This document shows positions 19,692 through 29,135 of a DNA stretch of 64,000 bases, in pieces (within the stretch, counting starts at the first letter, position 1; each line of letters begins with the position of its first letter). The stretch spans positions 5,856,001-5,920,000 of the forward strand of contig OZ244587.1 of the NCBI GenBank assembly GCA_965218095.1, read 5' to 3'. Made by a program: the position numbers and the translations under genes. Origin of the DNA: Candidatus Poribacteria bacterium (GTDB taxonomy: Bacteria > Poribacteria > WGA-4E > PCPOR2b). Below the pieces are notes generated by a model. It had not been told where the DNA came from. It saw only the letters and a program-made list of their open reading frames with translations, and made no database searches.

Positions 19692-21356
19692 ATGGCAATT
19701 TTAGAAGGTGGTCAAATCATTACGAAAGTTCTAAAGCAAGAGAACGTCGAATATCTCTTCACACTCTGCGGAGGGACAATTGAATCAATCTACGAAGGGT
19801 GCCTCAACGATAGTATCGAGATCATCGACACACGCGTAGATCAATCTGCGACGATGATGGCTGATGCGTATGCGCGGGTGACAGGGAAAGTCGGCGTCAG
19901 TGGCGTCACCCGAGGACCGGGACACGCAAACATGATCTATGGGCTGGCAACAGCATACATGATGGGAAGCCCTTTATTCTCAATAAGCGGTAACAGCGAC
20001 GCCGATCAACTCGACATGGGCGGCTCTCAGGAGTACAATCAGACAGGACTGGTCAAGCCGATTACCAAATGGACACGGCTGGTCATGCAGACGGAGCGGC
20101 TGCCGGAGTATGTCGGTACAGGATTTCGTAAGGCATTGGGTGGTCGGCGAGGTCCTGTCCACTTGAGCGTCCCTTACGACATTTTATATGACAAAATTGA
20201 TGACGCAGACCTCGCTTATCCTGAACCCACAAACTCTCGTACGCAAGCCAGAGTCCACGGCGATCCGGAGCAGATTGACTGCGCACTGAAGTTGTTGGCG
20301 AAAGCCGACAATCCGGTGATCGTCGCCGGTGGCGCGATTCACTGGCAGAACGCCATCGACGCACTCTTAGATTTTGTGGAGACAACAGGAATACCGTTTT
20401 TTACGAGAGGCAGCGATGTCAACGCAATCACCCGTCCGCATCCGCTCTTCTTTGGTATGGCAACGTCGCGCTTCGCCAATGCCTCAAAGGAACTCCGCAA
20501 CGCCGATGTGATCCTCGCCTTGGATGTCAAATTCGACACAAACATCAACTACGGCAAACCACCGCTCTTTCACCGAGATGCCAAATTTATCTGCGTCGAT
20601 ATCGACCCGGAGGAGATGGGAAAAAATCGACCCTTCGAGGTTGGCATCATCGGTAATCTGCAATCCGTATTGACCGAGATGACAAATAACGTCGCCAAGC
20701 ATGATCTTCGCAAGCCAACGGATTGGATTGAACGTTTGAATCTCGCCCGTCAACGATTTTTGCAGCGCGTCGCTGAAGGGGAAAACTCAGATAGTGTTCC
20801 CGTTCATCCTCTACGCATCTGCAAGGAGGTTCGAGAATTGTTCGGAGATGACACCACAATTAGCATCGACGGTGGGGATGCCTCGCTCTTTTCACATATC
20901 GCGTTTGATCATTATCACCCATCCTACTTCCTGTTCACGGGCCCAATCGGCGGCATCGGACAAGGCGTCCCATTCGCACTGGCTGGGAAGGTGGCAAGAC
21001 CAGACCATCCAAGCGTCTTAATCTCCGGCGACGGTTCCTTCGGATACGGGCTCATCGAGTATGACACGGCGCTGAAACATAACTTACCGATCATCTCGAT
21101 TATCTCAAGCGATCGGGCGTGGGGAATTGTGAGACATCCACAGATCCAACGCTACGGGCTGGAGCGCTCCGTCGCAACAGACCTCCGATCGGTCGATTAT
21201 GAGCGGCTTGCCCAAGCCCTCGATTGTCACGGGGAACTTGTCACCAAACCAGATGAAATCTGCCCAGCCTTGCAGCGGGCTGCCGATGCGGGTGTGCCAG
21301 CGGTAATTAATGTCCCGACAATCTTCACGAGTGCGGCGGCGTTCTGTCCGCAATGA
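19692..21356 (+). CDS. Thiamine-diphosphate-dependent enzyme (acetolactate synthase / 2-hydroxyacyl-CoA lyase-like)
   Basis: TRGPG, GPVHLSVP, GDGSFG motif. Confidence 0.9.
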   Translation: MAILEGGQIITKVLKQENVEYLFTLCGGTIESIYEGCLNDSIEIIDTRVDQSATMMADAYARVTGKVGVSGVTRGPGHANMIYGLATAYMMGSPLFSISGNSDADQLDMGGSQEYNQTGLVKPITKWTRLVMQTERLPEYVGTGFRKALGGRRGPVHLSVPYDILYDKIDDADLAYPEPTNSRTQARVHGDPEQIDCALKLLAKADNPVIVAGGAIHWQNAIDALLDFVETTGIPFFTRGSDVNAITRPHPLFFGMATSRFANASKELRNADVILALDVKFDTNINYGKPPLFHRDAKFICVDIDPEEMGKNRPFEVGIIGNLQSVLTEMTNNVAKHDLRKPTDWIERLNLARQRFLQRVAEGENSDSVPVHPLRICKEVRELFGDDTTISIDGGDASLFSHIAFDHYHPSYFLFTGPIGGIGQGVPFALAGKVARPDHPSVLISGDGSFGYGLIEYDTALKHNLPIISIISSDRAWGIVRHPQIQRYGLERSVATDLRSVDYERLAQALDCHGELVTKPDEICPALQRAADAGVPAVINVPTIFTSAAAFCPQ

Positions 21357-21790
21357 AAATTCCAACCGAGCAGTCTCCTAGCTTTTGACAAATTAATCTC
21401 TTTCTGTTCCTCATCGCCGGCGATGAACACCGCGTCAAACACTGTGTGTTGAACGGGAATCGCCGCGAGGTAAGCCAGCACGAGGTCTTCCTCATCCGTC
21501 GCCCAGATGTGCACGGGACCGGACCTGGGTTGACTCTGCCGTTCAATCTACTGCTGACGCGTCGAGGGGCCCGTGATTCGCAGGGCGATGATCGACATAT
21601 CGTGTTCGCGGCAGAAGTATCAACAGATGCGTTCCCCGAATCCCTTTGTCAAGCCGTACACGCCGGGATTATCAAGCGGAACTTTCTCCTCCGACGGAAA
21701 CCAATTCCGCGTCCGTTCATGAACGGTGAATGTGATTGATACGATATGAAGTTGGTTTCCGATATGTCAATGGCCTTCGGCCTAGCCATC
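21340..21790 (-). pseudogene. NAD-dependent epimerase/dehydrogenase remnant
   Basis: GVYGLTKGFGERIC*YFCREHDMSIIALRI...INLSKARRLLGW with internal stops; 5' part missing. Confidence 0.65.
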
Positions 21791-21822
21791 TGATGTTGGA
21801 TATTGCATGACTTTCTCATATA

Positions 21823-21953
21823 GAACTTATAGCGAGTAAAACGCACTTTTCTCCCGTTAGCCTCAACGGAGTGAAAGATCTCTTGCACCTTAACGAGGAG
21901 ATTCTTCGCTACGCTCTATTAGACTTTCAAGAAACCACCCGCAATGAGTTCAT
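21823..21953. repeat. MITE-like dispersed repeat family 1, copy B
   Basis: Matches 4422-4538; carries REP-like core GATCTC..GAGATTCTTCGCTACGCTC. Confidence 0.75.
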
Positions 21954-22294
21954 ACAAAACTGGCGACGGTCTTATTAATCATCGTGCTTTCTCTTTTGAA
22001 GCGTTGTATGATTGTTTCGCGATTAAATATCCCATCAAAGATGAGAACAGGAGGCATTTTATGGCGGTACAGTATATCTTTGCCGGCATTGACACGATTA
22101 TGTGAGAAGCCTGAATCGTTTCGCCATGTTAATGCACGCTGATCTCGCGCTATGTCATAGCACAACTGAAATCCGAGTATGTTCGTGTCCTGGTTAGACC
22201 AAACGATGAGATCAAAAAAGTCATCATGGAACCACCGACGTCGTGGCTCACCAGGAATTTGTCGGACTTTGCTTAGTGGTATTTCTGTTAGCAT
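21950..22294 (-). CDS. Hypothetical protein (stop codon supplied by repeat)
   Basis: RRWFHDDFFDLIVW..GFQLCYD; TGA lies within the repeat terminus. Confidence 0.6.
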   Translation of the reverse strand: MLTEIPLSKVRQIPGEPRRRWFHDDFFDLIVWSNQDTNILGFQLCYDIARDQRALTWRNDSGFSHNRVNAGKDILYRHKMPPVLIFDGIFNRETIIQRFKRESTMINKTVASFV

Positions 22295-22397
22295 GATAAC
22301 GTAAGTTTTTGTAAACTGAGACCCGAAGGGTTTTTATGAAAGTTAAGAAGGCAATTCCAAAAAACCCGATCTTTGATTGGGGTTGAAATTTGGCCCA

Positions 22398-22814
22398 CTA
22401 AGGATTCGGTGGTGAAGTACAAATCAGTATCTCCATCGTCTCGTCGCTTGTGTTTTCGATGCCATGTTCGCACCACGGCGGCAGATGGATGAACGTGCCT
22501 GCCTCTACTTCGACTTTCTCGCCAGCGAGCGTCATTGTGCCTTGTCCGCGCAAAATGACATAGCACTCCTCTGTGTGATGGCTGCCCGACTCTAGCACAA
22601 CATGGGGCGGCACGTAGAACATCACCAGCCCTAGATTCTGGGCAGGGGCTTTCGGGTTAGCTGGATGGACGACGCGCACGCCGATTCCTTCGCAGTCAGG
22701 ATATTTCACCGGCACACCATCCTGTACCCTGACAATGTTTGGCAGCACTTTCTCTTTGGGCTTCGGAATCGGTGGCTCGCCTTCGTAACCTTTGAACATC
22801 GTAATTTTTGCCAT
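22398..22814 (-). CDS. Cupin domain protein
   Basis: GSHHTEECYVILRGQG...PPWCEHG. Confidence 0.85.
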   Translation of the reverse strand: MAKITMFKGYEGEPPIPKPKEKVLPNIVRVQDGVPVKYPDCEGIGVRVVHPANPKAPAQNLGLVMFYVPPHVVLESGSHHTEECYVILRGQGTMTLAGEKVEVEAGTFIHLPPWCEHGIENTSDETMEILICTSPPNP

Positions 22815-22841
22815 TTATGTTACCTCACCAAATAAAAAATT

Positions 22842-23036
22842 GGCATGGTATGCTATCACTAAATCCGTGAGAAAATCTGTCCCATTTGGCGGATCGAGAA
22901 GACGACCCACGATTTGAGTTCAAGGGTTCAAACGTTCAATGAACCCATGAACTCCCCGATAGATCGAGGTACTCTCTCAATGTTAACTATCCAGTTCTGA
23001 TGCAGGTTCTCAAGAATTTAGTGATAGTACCATCTC
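22842..23036. repeat. MITE-like family 2, copy B
   Basis: GGCATGGTATGCTATCACTAAATCCGTGAGAA ... TTCTCAAGAATTTAGTGATAGTACC. Confidence 0.65.
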
Positions 23037-23090
23037 AGTCGCCTTTCTGTTTATTGGCAACTCTCTGCGTTTTGAGATGACTCATGCCCC

Positions 23091-24611
23091 TCATTTCACA
23101 ACAAGGAACAAAACCTGTTTATTGCGTTTCACTTGTAACAGAATCGATTCCGCGTCCGTCTTCACAGCCAATTTGAACTCGTCTACATTGTGGACAGGTT
23201 GATGCTCGACTTCGAGTAGGACATCCCCTTTGTGGATCCCTGCCTCGGCAGCCGGACTGCCCGGCGTTACGCCAGAAATTAACACGCCTTCATCGGGAGT
23301 GTACCCGAATTTTTCAGCAAGAGCCTCGGTGAGGTTCTGCACACTTAGCCCTTTCCAATCTCCTTTGCGGAGGTGCTTCGTGTTTCGTGTCAGGTGTCGA
23401 AGCACACCTTCCGAACGTTCATCAAGCGTCACGGAGATATCGAGCTTTTCGCCCTCCCGCATGACGGTGACAGATATGGTGGTACCGGGCTTGTACATTG
23501 CGATTACATGCCGCAGATGATTTGGATCTTCGATGGCTTGACCTTCAACGGCGATAAGGACGTCACCTTTCTGTAGACCTGCTTCCTTGGCAGGCGTATC
23601 TCTGCCGACGTCGTTGATCAACGCGCCCATCGGTTTGTCTAGCCCCAGCTTATCAGCCAAGCCCAAATCAACGTCCTGAATCATAACACCGAGCCAACCG
23701 CGTGCAACTTCCCTGTGTTCGATCAGGTCTATCGCAATATGCCGAACAGTGTTGATCGGGATGGCAAACGGCCTCGCCGGTGGATTGGCGACGCTCATAC
23801 CAATGATTTCGCCGTTTGTGTTGACGATTGCGCCACCGCCTGAACCGGGGCGAAGGTTCGTGTCGATCTCGATCCAGTTTTCATAATTGAATACATGGGG
23901 GTTGCGTCCGACGCCGCTGATCATTCCGAAATAAACAGCGGGTTCCTGATTGGCTGTATGTCCGAGGGCAAGCATCAACTCGCCGATGGAAATTTGATCC
24001 GAGTCGCCAAACTTCGTCGCGGGCAGCGCATTCACATCGACTTTTACTACAGCTATTCCCGTTTCTTTGTCGGAGCCAATCACTATGGCGTCAAGGCGCG
24101 TGCCATCTCGAAGCGTGACGATGACCTCTCTGCTATCGTTGACTAATTCGATAACAGTGGCAATGTGTCCTTGTTCATCAAGCAGGATACCGGATCCAAA
24201 AGCAGCCTGATCGGAAAGAGCCGGTGGGAATATGGCTTCAGGCATCATGCTATGCCGACGTTCTCGCTTGTCCCGATCTGGAACGCGAAAGAAGAAATGG
24301 TGCTCTTCGTCTTCCTCCTGATTTGAATTCCGCCGGAACCGATTACGAAATTGTGGGCCGAACCATTCCCAACCTTCAGGACTCCTGCGGCGGTGCTCAA
24401 AGTGCCGACTCTGATCTCTGTCCTCGTCCGATCGCTCGGTTTCAATCCCAACAACCGTTTTTCCAACTTCCTGGGCGATCTCTGCTAACCTCTTGCTAAC
24501 CTCTTGCAGTGTCTGTCGTTCATCTGCTGCCGGGGCAGTGTGTTGAAACACGCCAAAGACGAATACGCAGGTGAAAATGACGCTGAGTGTTTTGCGTACA
24601 TCAGATTTCAT
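23091..24611 (-). CDS. HtrA/DegP-like protein with two PDZ domains, catalytic triad degenerate
   Basis: Signal peptide, GSG, RGWLGV, two PDZ domains; TVIELV, TGIAV and PGSGGG replace TNxHV, TDxAV and PGNSGG. Confidence 0.88.
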   Translation of the reverse strand: MKSDVRKTLSVIFTCVFVFGVFQHTAPAADERQTLQEVSKRLAEIAQEVGKTVVGIETERSDEDRDQSRHFEHRRRSPEGWEWFGPQFRNRFRRNSNQEEDEEHHFFFRVPDRDKRERRHSMMPEAIFPPALSDQAAFGSGILLDEQGHIATVIELVNDSREVIVTLRDGTRLDAIVIGSDKETGIAVVKVDVNALPATKFGDSDQISIGELMLALGHTANQEPAVYFGMISGVGRNPHVFNYENWIEIDTNLRPGSGGGAIVNTNGEIIGMSVANPPARPFAIPINTVRHIAIDLIEHREVARGWLGVMIQDVDLGLADKLGLDKPMGALINDVGRDTPAKEAGLQKGDVLIAVEGQAIEDPNHLRHVIAMYKPGTTISVTVMREGEKLDISVTLDERSEGVLRHLTRNTKHLRKGDWKGLSVQNLTEALAEKFGYTPDEGVLISGVTPGSPAAEAGIHKGDVLLEVEHQPVHNVDEFKLAVKTDAESILLQVKRNKQVLFLVVK

Positions 24612-24760
24612 TTTTGTTACCTCCTTTTAGTTAAGAGGTAACACACTTCGCACATCGGTGAGTTTCATCAAATTGCGTCGATTATGGAAGGCTTATCTGC
24701 CCAATGCTGTTAGTCTAGCATAATCGAGATATGGATGCGACTTAAAAGAAAAGAACCACC

Positions 24761-24831
24761 TTGACGGCAGAAAAGTGACATGCTATACTCTCCTTCCACA
24801 GAGCGCCTGTATTTTAGAGCGCCTGTATTTT
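24761..24831 (+). promoter_or_regulatory. Sigma70 promoter followed by a 16-bp direct repeat
   Basis: TTGACG-17bp-TATACT; AGAGCGCCTGTATTTT x2 at 24800-24831. Confidence 0.6.
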
Positions 24832-24987
24832 CAGTAATTTTCAAAAAGGAAGTAATGGTTTGTAGTGAGGCGATTGATCGCCGTCCCAAACGTGTCCACA
24901 GCCGGAACAAGCATTCCACCGTGCCATGGTCCTGGCAGGCCTCCAATCGCATAAATTTGCCCATCTATCCCACTGGAGGAGGGTTAA

Positions 24988-25593
24988 GTGAAAAAGGTAA
25001 CCCTTTTATTGTGTTTCGTTACGATGGTAATGTCTGTTTGGGCGGAAGAGAATCAGAAGAAGACATCAATTGGTGACCCCGTCAAACGTGGTGGTTTTGG
25101 GGGACCGGTATTAAAAGTGACAGAGATCAACGATGTGTTCGGCTTAATGATCGGCGGGCGAGGTGGTTGGATCCTCAACCATACGTTTGCGATTGGCGGA
25201 GGCTTTTATGGCTTACTCAGGGACATAGGGGTGGAAGACTCACGTTTTGAACGCGATTTTGAGTTCGCTTATGGCGGGCTAGAGTTAGAATATATTATCG
25301 CCCCCCGTAGAGTCATTCATCTCTCTGTTCAAACCTTGATAGGCTTCGGTGGTTTGACAGATCGGGAGCGGAGCTTCGATAGGTTTGATGAATTCAATCG
25401 ATTTGATGGTCCTGATGACTCCTTTTTTATCGCTGAACCGGGACTCAATTTGATATGGAATATGAAAACGTACCTCCGGATCGGTTTGGGTGGGAGCTAT
25501 CGTTTTATTCGTGGCGTTGGGGTAGAAGGCCTCCACAACTCAGATCTGAGCGGTTCTTCGGTCATACTGATCTTCAAATTTGGTCGCTTCTAA
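24988..25593 (+). CDS. Outer membrane beta-barrel protein
   Basis: Signal peptide, Gly/aromatic alternating strands, C-terminal Phe. Confidence 0.75.
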   Translation: MKKVTLLLCFVTMVMSVWAEENQKKTSIGDPVKRGGFGGPVLKVTEINDVFGLMIGGRGGWILNHTFAIGGGFYGLLRDIGVEDSRFERDFEFAYGGLELEYIIAPRRVIHLSVQTLIGFGGLTDRERSFDRFDEFNRFDGPDDSFFIAEPGLNLIWNMKTYLRIGLGGSYRFIRGVGVEGLHNSDLSGSSVILIFKFGRF

Positions 25594-25605
25594 TCACCAA
25601 ACTGC

Positions 25606-27540
25606 CTACTTCGTGCTCAACCGCTTGCGAAGTTCATTGAGGCGTTGGATGACAGCGATTGAATCTGTTCCATGAAAACCAAGATCGTGGGCTTCATCAA
25701 GCACCATTTCTGCTTGGATTGGACTGCCGATAATCAAGTTCATCGCTTTGTCATAAGCGTTCTGTGCCCTTTTCGCATCGCCGCGCTGTTGGCTGATATA
25801 CGCGAGATAGATATAGGCAGCCGCAAGGCGTGGCGAGTGTGATCGGCTTTCGATAAACTCCTGGAAGGCAGCGATGGCGGCATTATAGCGTTGGTCTTCA
25901 TAGTGGACTCGCCCAATACGGAACTGCGCCTGATCCGCGAAGCTGTCCTTATAGCCCTCCGGGAGGTACTGCGCCTGTTTCGGGTAAGCAATTGTCGTTT
26001 GATAGGCTTTCAAAGCTTCGTCGTATTGCTGGAGTGAGCGATAAATTTCGCCAAGCTGGAAATATGCCATCATAGTCTGCGAAGAGGGGGGATAATTCTC
26101 GATCAGGCTTTGATAAAGTTGGATTGCCTTTTTTGTGTTACTGAGATGTTCAGCGTGAATGACGCCGCTTCGGTATAGTGCTTGAGCTGCCCAAGGTGAT
26201 TGGGGATGTGTCTTGATCAGTTGGCGGTATGCGGCAATTGCCTGCGTATAATCCTTCAATTCGCGCTCATAGATCTTGCCAATCCGGAAGTGGGCGTAAG
26301 CAGCATCGTCCGTGTTCGATGTTTGCAATTTCTGGATTGTTGCGTGTAATTCAATTAAGCGGAGTTGGGCTCGCGCATGCTGTACGTATTCACTATTCCG
26401 TACGTTGATGATGAACTGCCGCGCCAGTGGCAGCGCAGCAATATAGCTGTTTCTGGCGATCAGCTTTCTTATCCGTTCCCATTCAATTTTTGGGGGCTCT
26501 GACTGGAGTTGTTGGATCTTCGCTTTTAATTCTGTTTCAAGTTGGAAGGGGCTCTGATCATATTTACCGATTGCCCCAAAATAGATGGGATCGAGGTTAG
26601 GCAGGTATACATAGAGGAAGGTTTTGAAAGCATCAATTGCGCGACGATAATTCTGCAATTTTTCATAACAAACACCTGACCAATAAAAAACCGCGTGCAT
26701 ATTCCAAAAGTCTGGATGCTCTTGGGCGAGTTGCTCAAAAATCTGCGCGGCTAAGGCATACCGCTTCTGCTTTTGGCGGACCCGCCCCATCTGAAAAAGT
26801 GCCTCCGCTGCGAAATTACTTGTCGGATAGTTATCGACAACTTTCTGATATGCTTGAATTGCTGGCTCCGGCTGATTCAATACGTTAGCTCGTAACTTCC
26901 CAATACGGCATTGCACTTCAGCGGCGAGTTTCGTATCCCCGTGCTGCTTCAAGATATCTTCATATGCCGCAATCGCGTTCTCCGGTTGATTTAGTTGGTG
27001 GGGATTGCGATACAATTCGGCAATATGAAATTTCGCCTCAATGGCAAGGGGGGTTCCTGTGTAAGCGTAGATGGCACGCTGCTGATCTCGTAAATCATTA
27101 AGGGCTGTCTGAATGCTGTGAATCTTTCGCAAGCCGGTTTTATGGACAAAGTGGGTTGGTGGGGATTGATCGACAAGGGTTTGATAGGTCTGAATCGCTT
27201 CCTCACATTTTCCCATGCGACAGTACACATCACCCTTCTTGATATAGGCGAGAAACAGATCGTCTGCCGGAAGCCCTTCGGCACTCAGTTGAATAATCTG
27301 GTCGTAAACCTTCAATGCCTTCTGATATTCATGGGTATAAGCGTAATAAATCTCACCTAATTTATCGTAGAGGCCGCCAAGCTGTTCAACGTTTTTCGTC
27401 GAATTGGTAAGTTTCTGGAGCATTTGTGCGGCTTCATGATACTGACCTGCCTCAAGGAGCGGAGCAACGCTGTCAGCCTGCGCTTCTACGATAGCCGAAA
27501 TTGCAATACAAAATGCAGCGGCGTAAACAAGCCATTTCAG
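25606..27540 (-). CDS. Long TPR protein (YbgF/BamD-like repeats), non-canonical or lost start
   Basis: Many YP.S..A..A repeats; frame extends upstream of ATG 27423 through a signal peptide (LKWLVYAAAFCIAISAIVEAQA) beginning at CTG 27540. Confidence 0.8.
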   Translation of the reverse strand: MKWLVYAAAFCIAISAIVEAQADSVAPLLEAGQYHEAAQMLQKLTNSTKNVEQLGGLYDKLGEIYYAYTHEYQKALKVYDQIIQLSAEGLPADDLFLAYIKKGDVYCRMGKCEEAIQTYQTLVDQSPPTHFVHKTGLRKIHSIQTALNDLRDQQRAIYAYTGTPLAIEAKFHIAELYRNPHQLNQPENAIAAYEDILKQHGDTKLAAEVQCRIGKLRANVLNQPEPAIQAYQKVVDNYPTSNFAAEALFQMGRVRQKQKRYALAAQIFEQLAQEHPDFWNMHAVFYWSGVCYEKLQNYRRAIDAFKTFLYVYLPNLDPIYFGAIGKYDQSPFQLETELKAKIQQLQSEPPKIEWERIRKLIARNSYIAALPLARQFIINVRNSEYVQHARAQLRLIELHATIQKLQTSNTDDAAYAHFRIGKIYERELKDYTQAIAAYRQLIKTHPQSPWAAQALYRSGVIHAEHLSNTKKAIQLYQSLIENYPPSSQTMMAYFQLGEIYRSLQQYDEALKAYQTTIAYPKQAQYLPEGYKDSFADQAQFRIGRVHYEDQRYNAAIAAFQEFIESRSHSPRLAAAYIYLAYISQQRGDAKRAQNAYDKAMNLIIGSPIQAEMVLDEAHDLGFHGTDSIAVIQRLNELRKRLSTK

Positions 27541-27677
27541 ACGTGAAACCCCGAAGGATCGGCACAGAGCCTGTTCCGATCCTTCGGAGCTGTGAAACGT
27601 AAGGCGTATTGCGTATTTCGTATTGCGTATTATATCAAACGCCCCCTCTAGCTTTCCATTCTTCCATTCCTCTTGTT

Positions 27678-28238
27678 TTAGGGCCCCCGTTCTGCCAATG
27701 CCAGAAGGAGTCTCGCAAGTTGGTCATTGTCCTTTAAGTGCCTCGCTTCCAGTGCTTCTGTTCGGCTGTCCTGAATCTCCCTCTGTCTATACGCCTCAAT
27801 CCTTTCGCGAGGGGTTTCCGAAATCGCACCGATGGGAACATCTAGCGATTGATCTCGATCAAAGAAGGTCACAGTAATTGGGATACCGATTGCTAGCACG
27901 CAGGTCGCTATTGCGCTGCGTAAGATCCAAGTGGAACCGTTTTTTACAGTGGGAAGCGGCAAAGATTCAAAGAACCGCACCGGCTTGGAGCGTGGGGATT
28001 CCGCCGCCAGACGTTTGTAGACTCGCATCTCGATGTTGTCAAGAATAACGCTTGGAATTGGCGCTTCCCCCGCTTCTTCAGTCAAGCTGAAGACTTTCTG
28101 CAAAGACTTAATCTTGTGGACGCAGGTGGGACACCCTCGTAGATGTTCCTCCATGACGGCGACCTGCTCCTCATCAAGGAGCTCACAAACATAGTTAGTG
28201 TGCGATTTTTCCAACTGTTTACACGTTGTCATTAACAA
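27678..28238 (-). CDS. Anti-sigma factor (zf-HC2)
   Basis: HLRGCPTC motif plus one TM helix; follows the ECF sigma. Confidence 0.85.
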   Translation of the reverse strand: MLMTTCKQLEKSHTNYVCELLDEEQVAVMEEHLRGCPTCVHKIKSLQKVFSLTEEAGEAPIPSVILDNIEMRVYKRLAAESPRSKPVRFFESLPLPTVKNGSTWILRSAIATCVLAIGIPITVTFFDRDQSLDVPIGAISETPRERIEAYRQREIQDSRTEALEARHLKDNDQLARLLLALAERGP

Positions 28239-28260
28239 CTCCTTCGGTTAAATTTTTTGT

Positions 28261-28297
28261 CCAACCGTGAAAAGGTTCAGAACCTTTTCACGGTTGG
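28261..28297. repeat. Perfect palindrome (18-bp arms)
   Basis: CCAACCGTGAAAAGGTTC-A-GAACCTTTTCACGGTTGG. Confidence 0.9.
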
Positions 28298-28308
28298 ATG
28301 ACCGGTGG

Positions 28309-28890
28309 TTATATTTCATTTTCATCCCAGAGAGGCTGTAACAAAATTTGTAGCTTTTTCACCGCACGATGCAGGTGAATCTTTACTGTTCCTTCTGCCA
28401 TGCCGAGCACCTCTGTGATTTCCTTAATCTGTAGCCCCTGGTAACGATTCAACATAAAGACAGCTTTTTGGTTCGGCGAAAGCTGATCTATTGCGCCAAG
28501 GATAATCCGACGCCGATCATTTTCTTCAGCCTCCCATTCGGGATTACTCCGCAGATCTACGGCTGTTGGCTCGTCAAGCGATAGCTCTTCGTCGTCGAGT
28601 GAATAGGTCTGTCGGCGCGATTTCGCACGGTGATGATCGATCGATAGGTTATGGGCAATTTTATAAAGCCATGTCGAGAAGCGCGCTTGAGGTTTCCAGG
28701 CTCCAAGCGCACGGTAGACCTTGAAAAAGACTTCGATGGTCAACTCTTCGGCATCTTCATAATTTTTGACGGATCTGAGCAGGTAGGCATAGATTCTCTG
28801 CTTATATCGCTTCATTAGCTCATCAAATGCGTCCTGCCGGCCAGCTTGAAACTGCGCGACTAGCATTTCATCTTCAACGATTCTATCCAT
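28309..28890 (-). CDS. ECF RNA polymerase sigma factor
   Basis: DAEEL..EVF, FSTWLYKIAHN, GTVKIHLHRA. Confidence 0.92.
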   Translation of the reverse strand: MDRIVEDEMLVAQFQAGRQDAFDELMKRYKQRIYAYLLRSVKNYEDAEELTIEVFFKVYRALGAWKPQARFSTWLYKIAHNLSIDHHRAKSRRQTYSLDDEELSLDEPTAVDLRSNPEWEAEENDRRRIILGAIDQLSPNQKAVFMLNRYQGLQIKEITEVLGMAEGTVKIHLHRAVKKLQILLQPLWDENEI

Positions 28891-29135
28891 AAGGAACTTC
28901 CCGCGTTGATGAGGTTGGGCTAAGGTTTGCCGGTCTAAACGGTATGTGCTCCGGGGGGGGTTACACCTAGTGCATACTAATTTTGGAATTTCGTCATCAT
29001 ACCATCGTGAACGCAGTGGGTCAAGCAAAAAACGATGGTAGAGAAGTGACAACCCACGCCCCTACAATGGGATGTTGTCCAAATCTGAAACGTAATAAGG
29101 CGTTATAAGCTTTCAAGTTTTTAATGAATGGTTTT

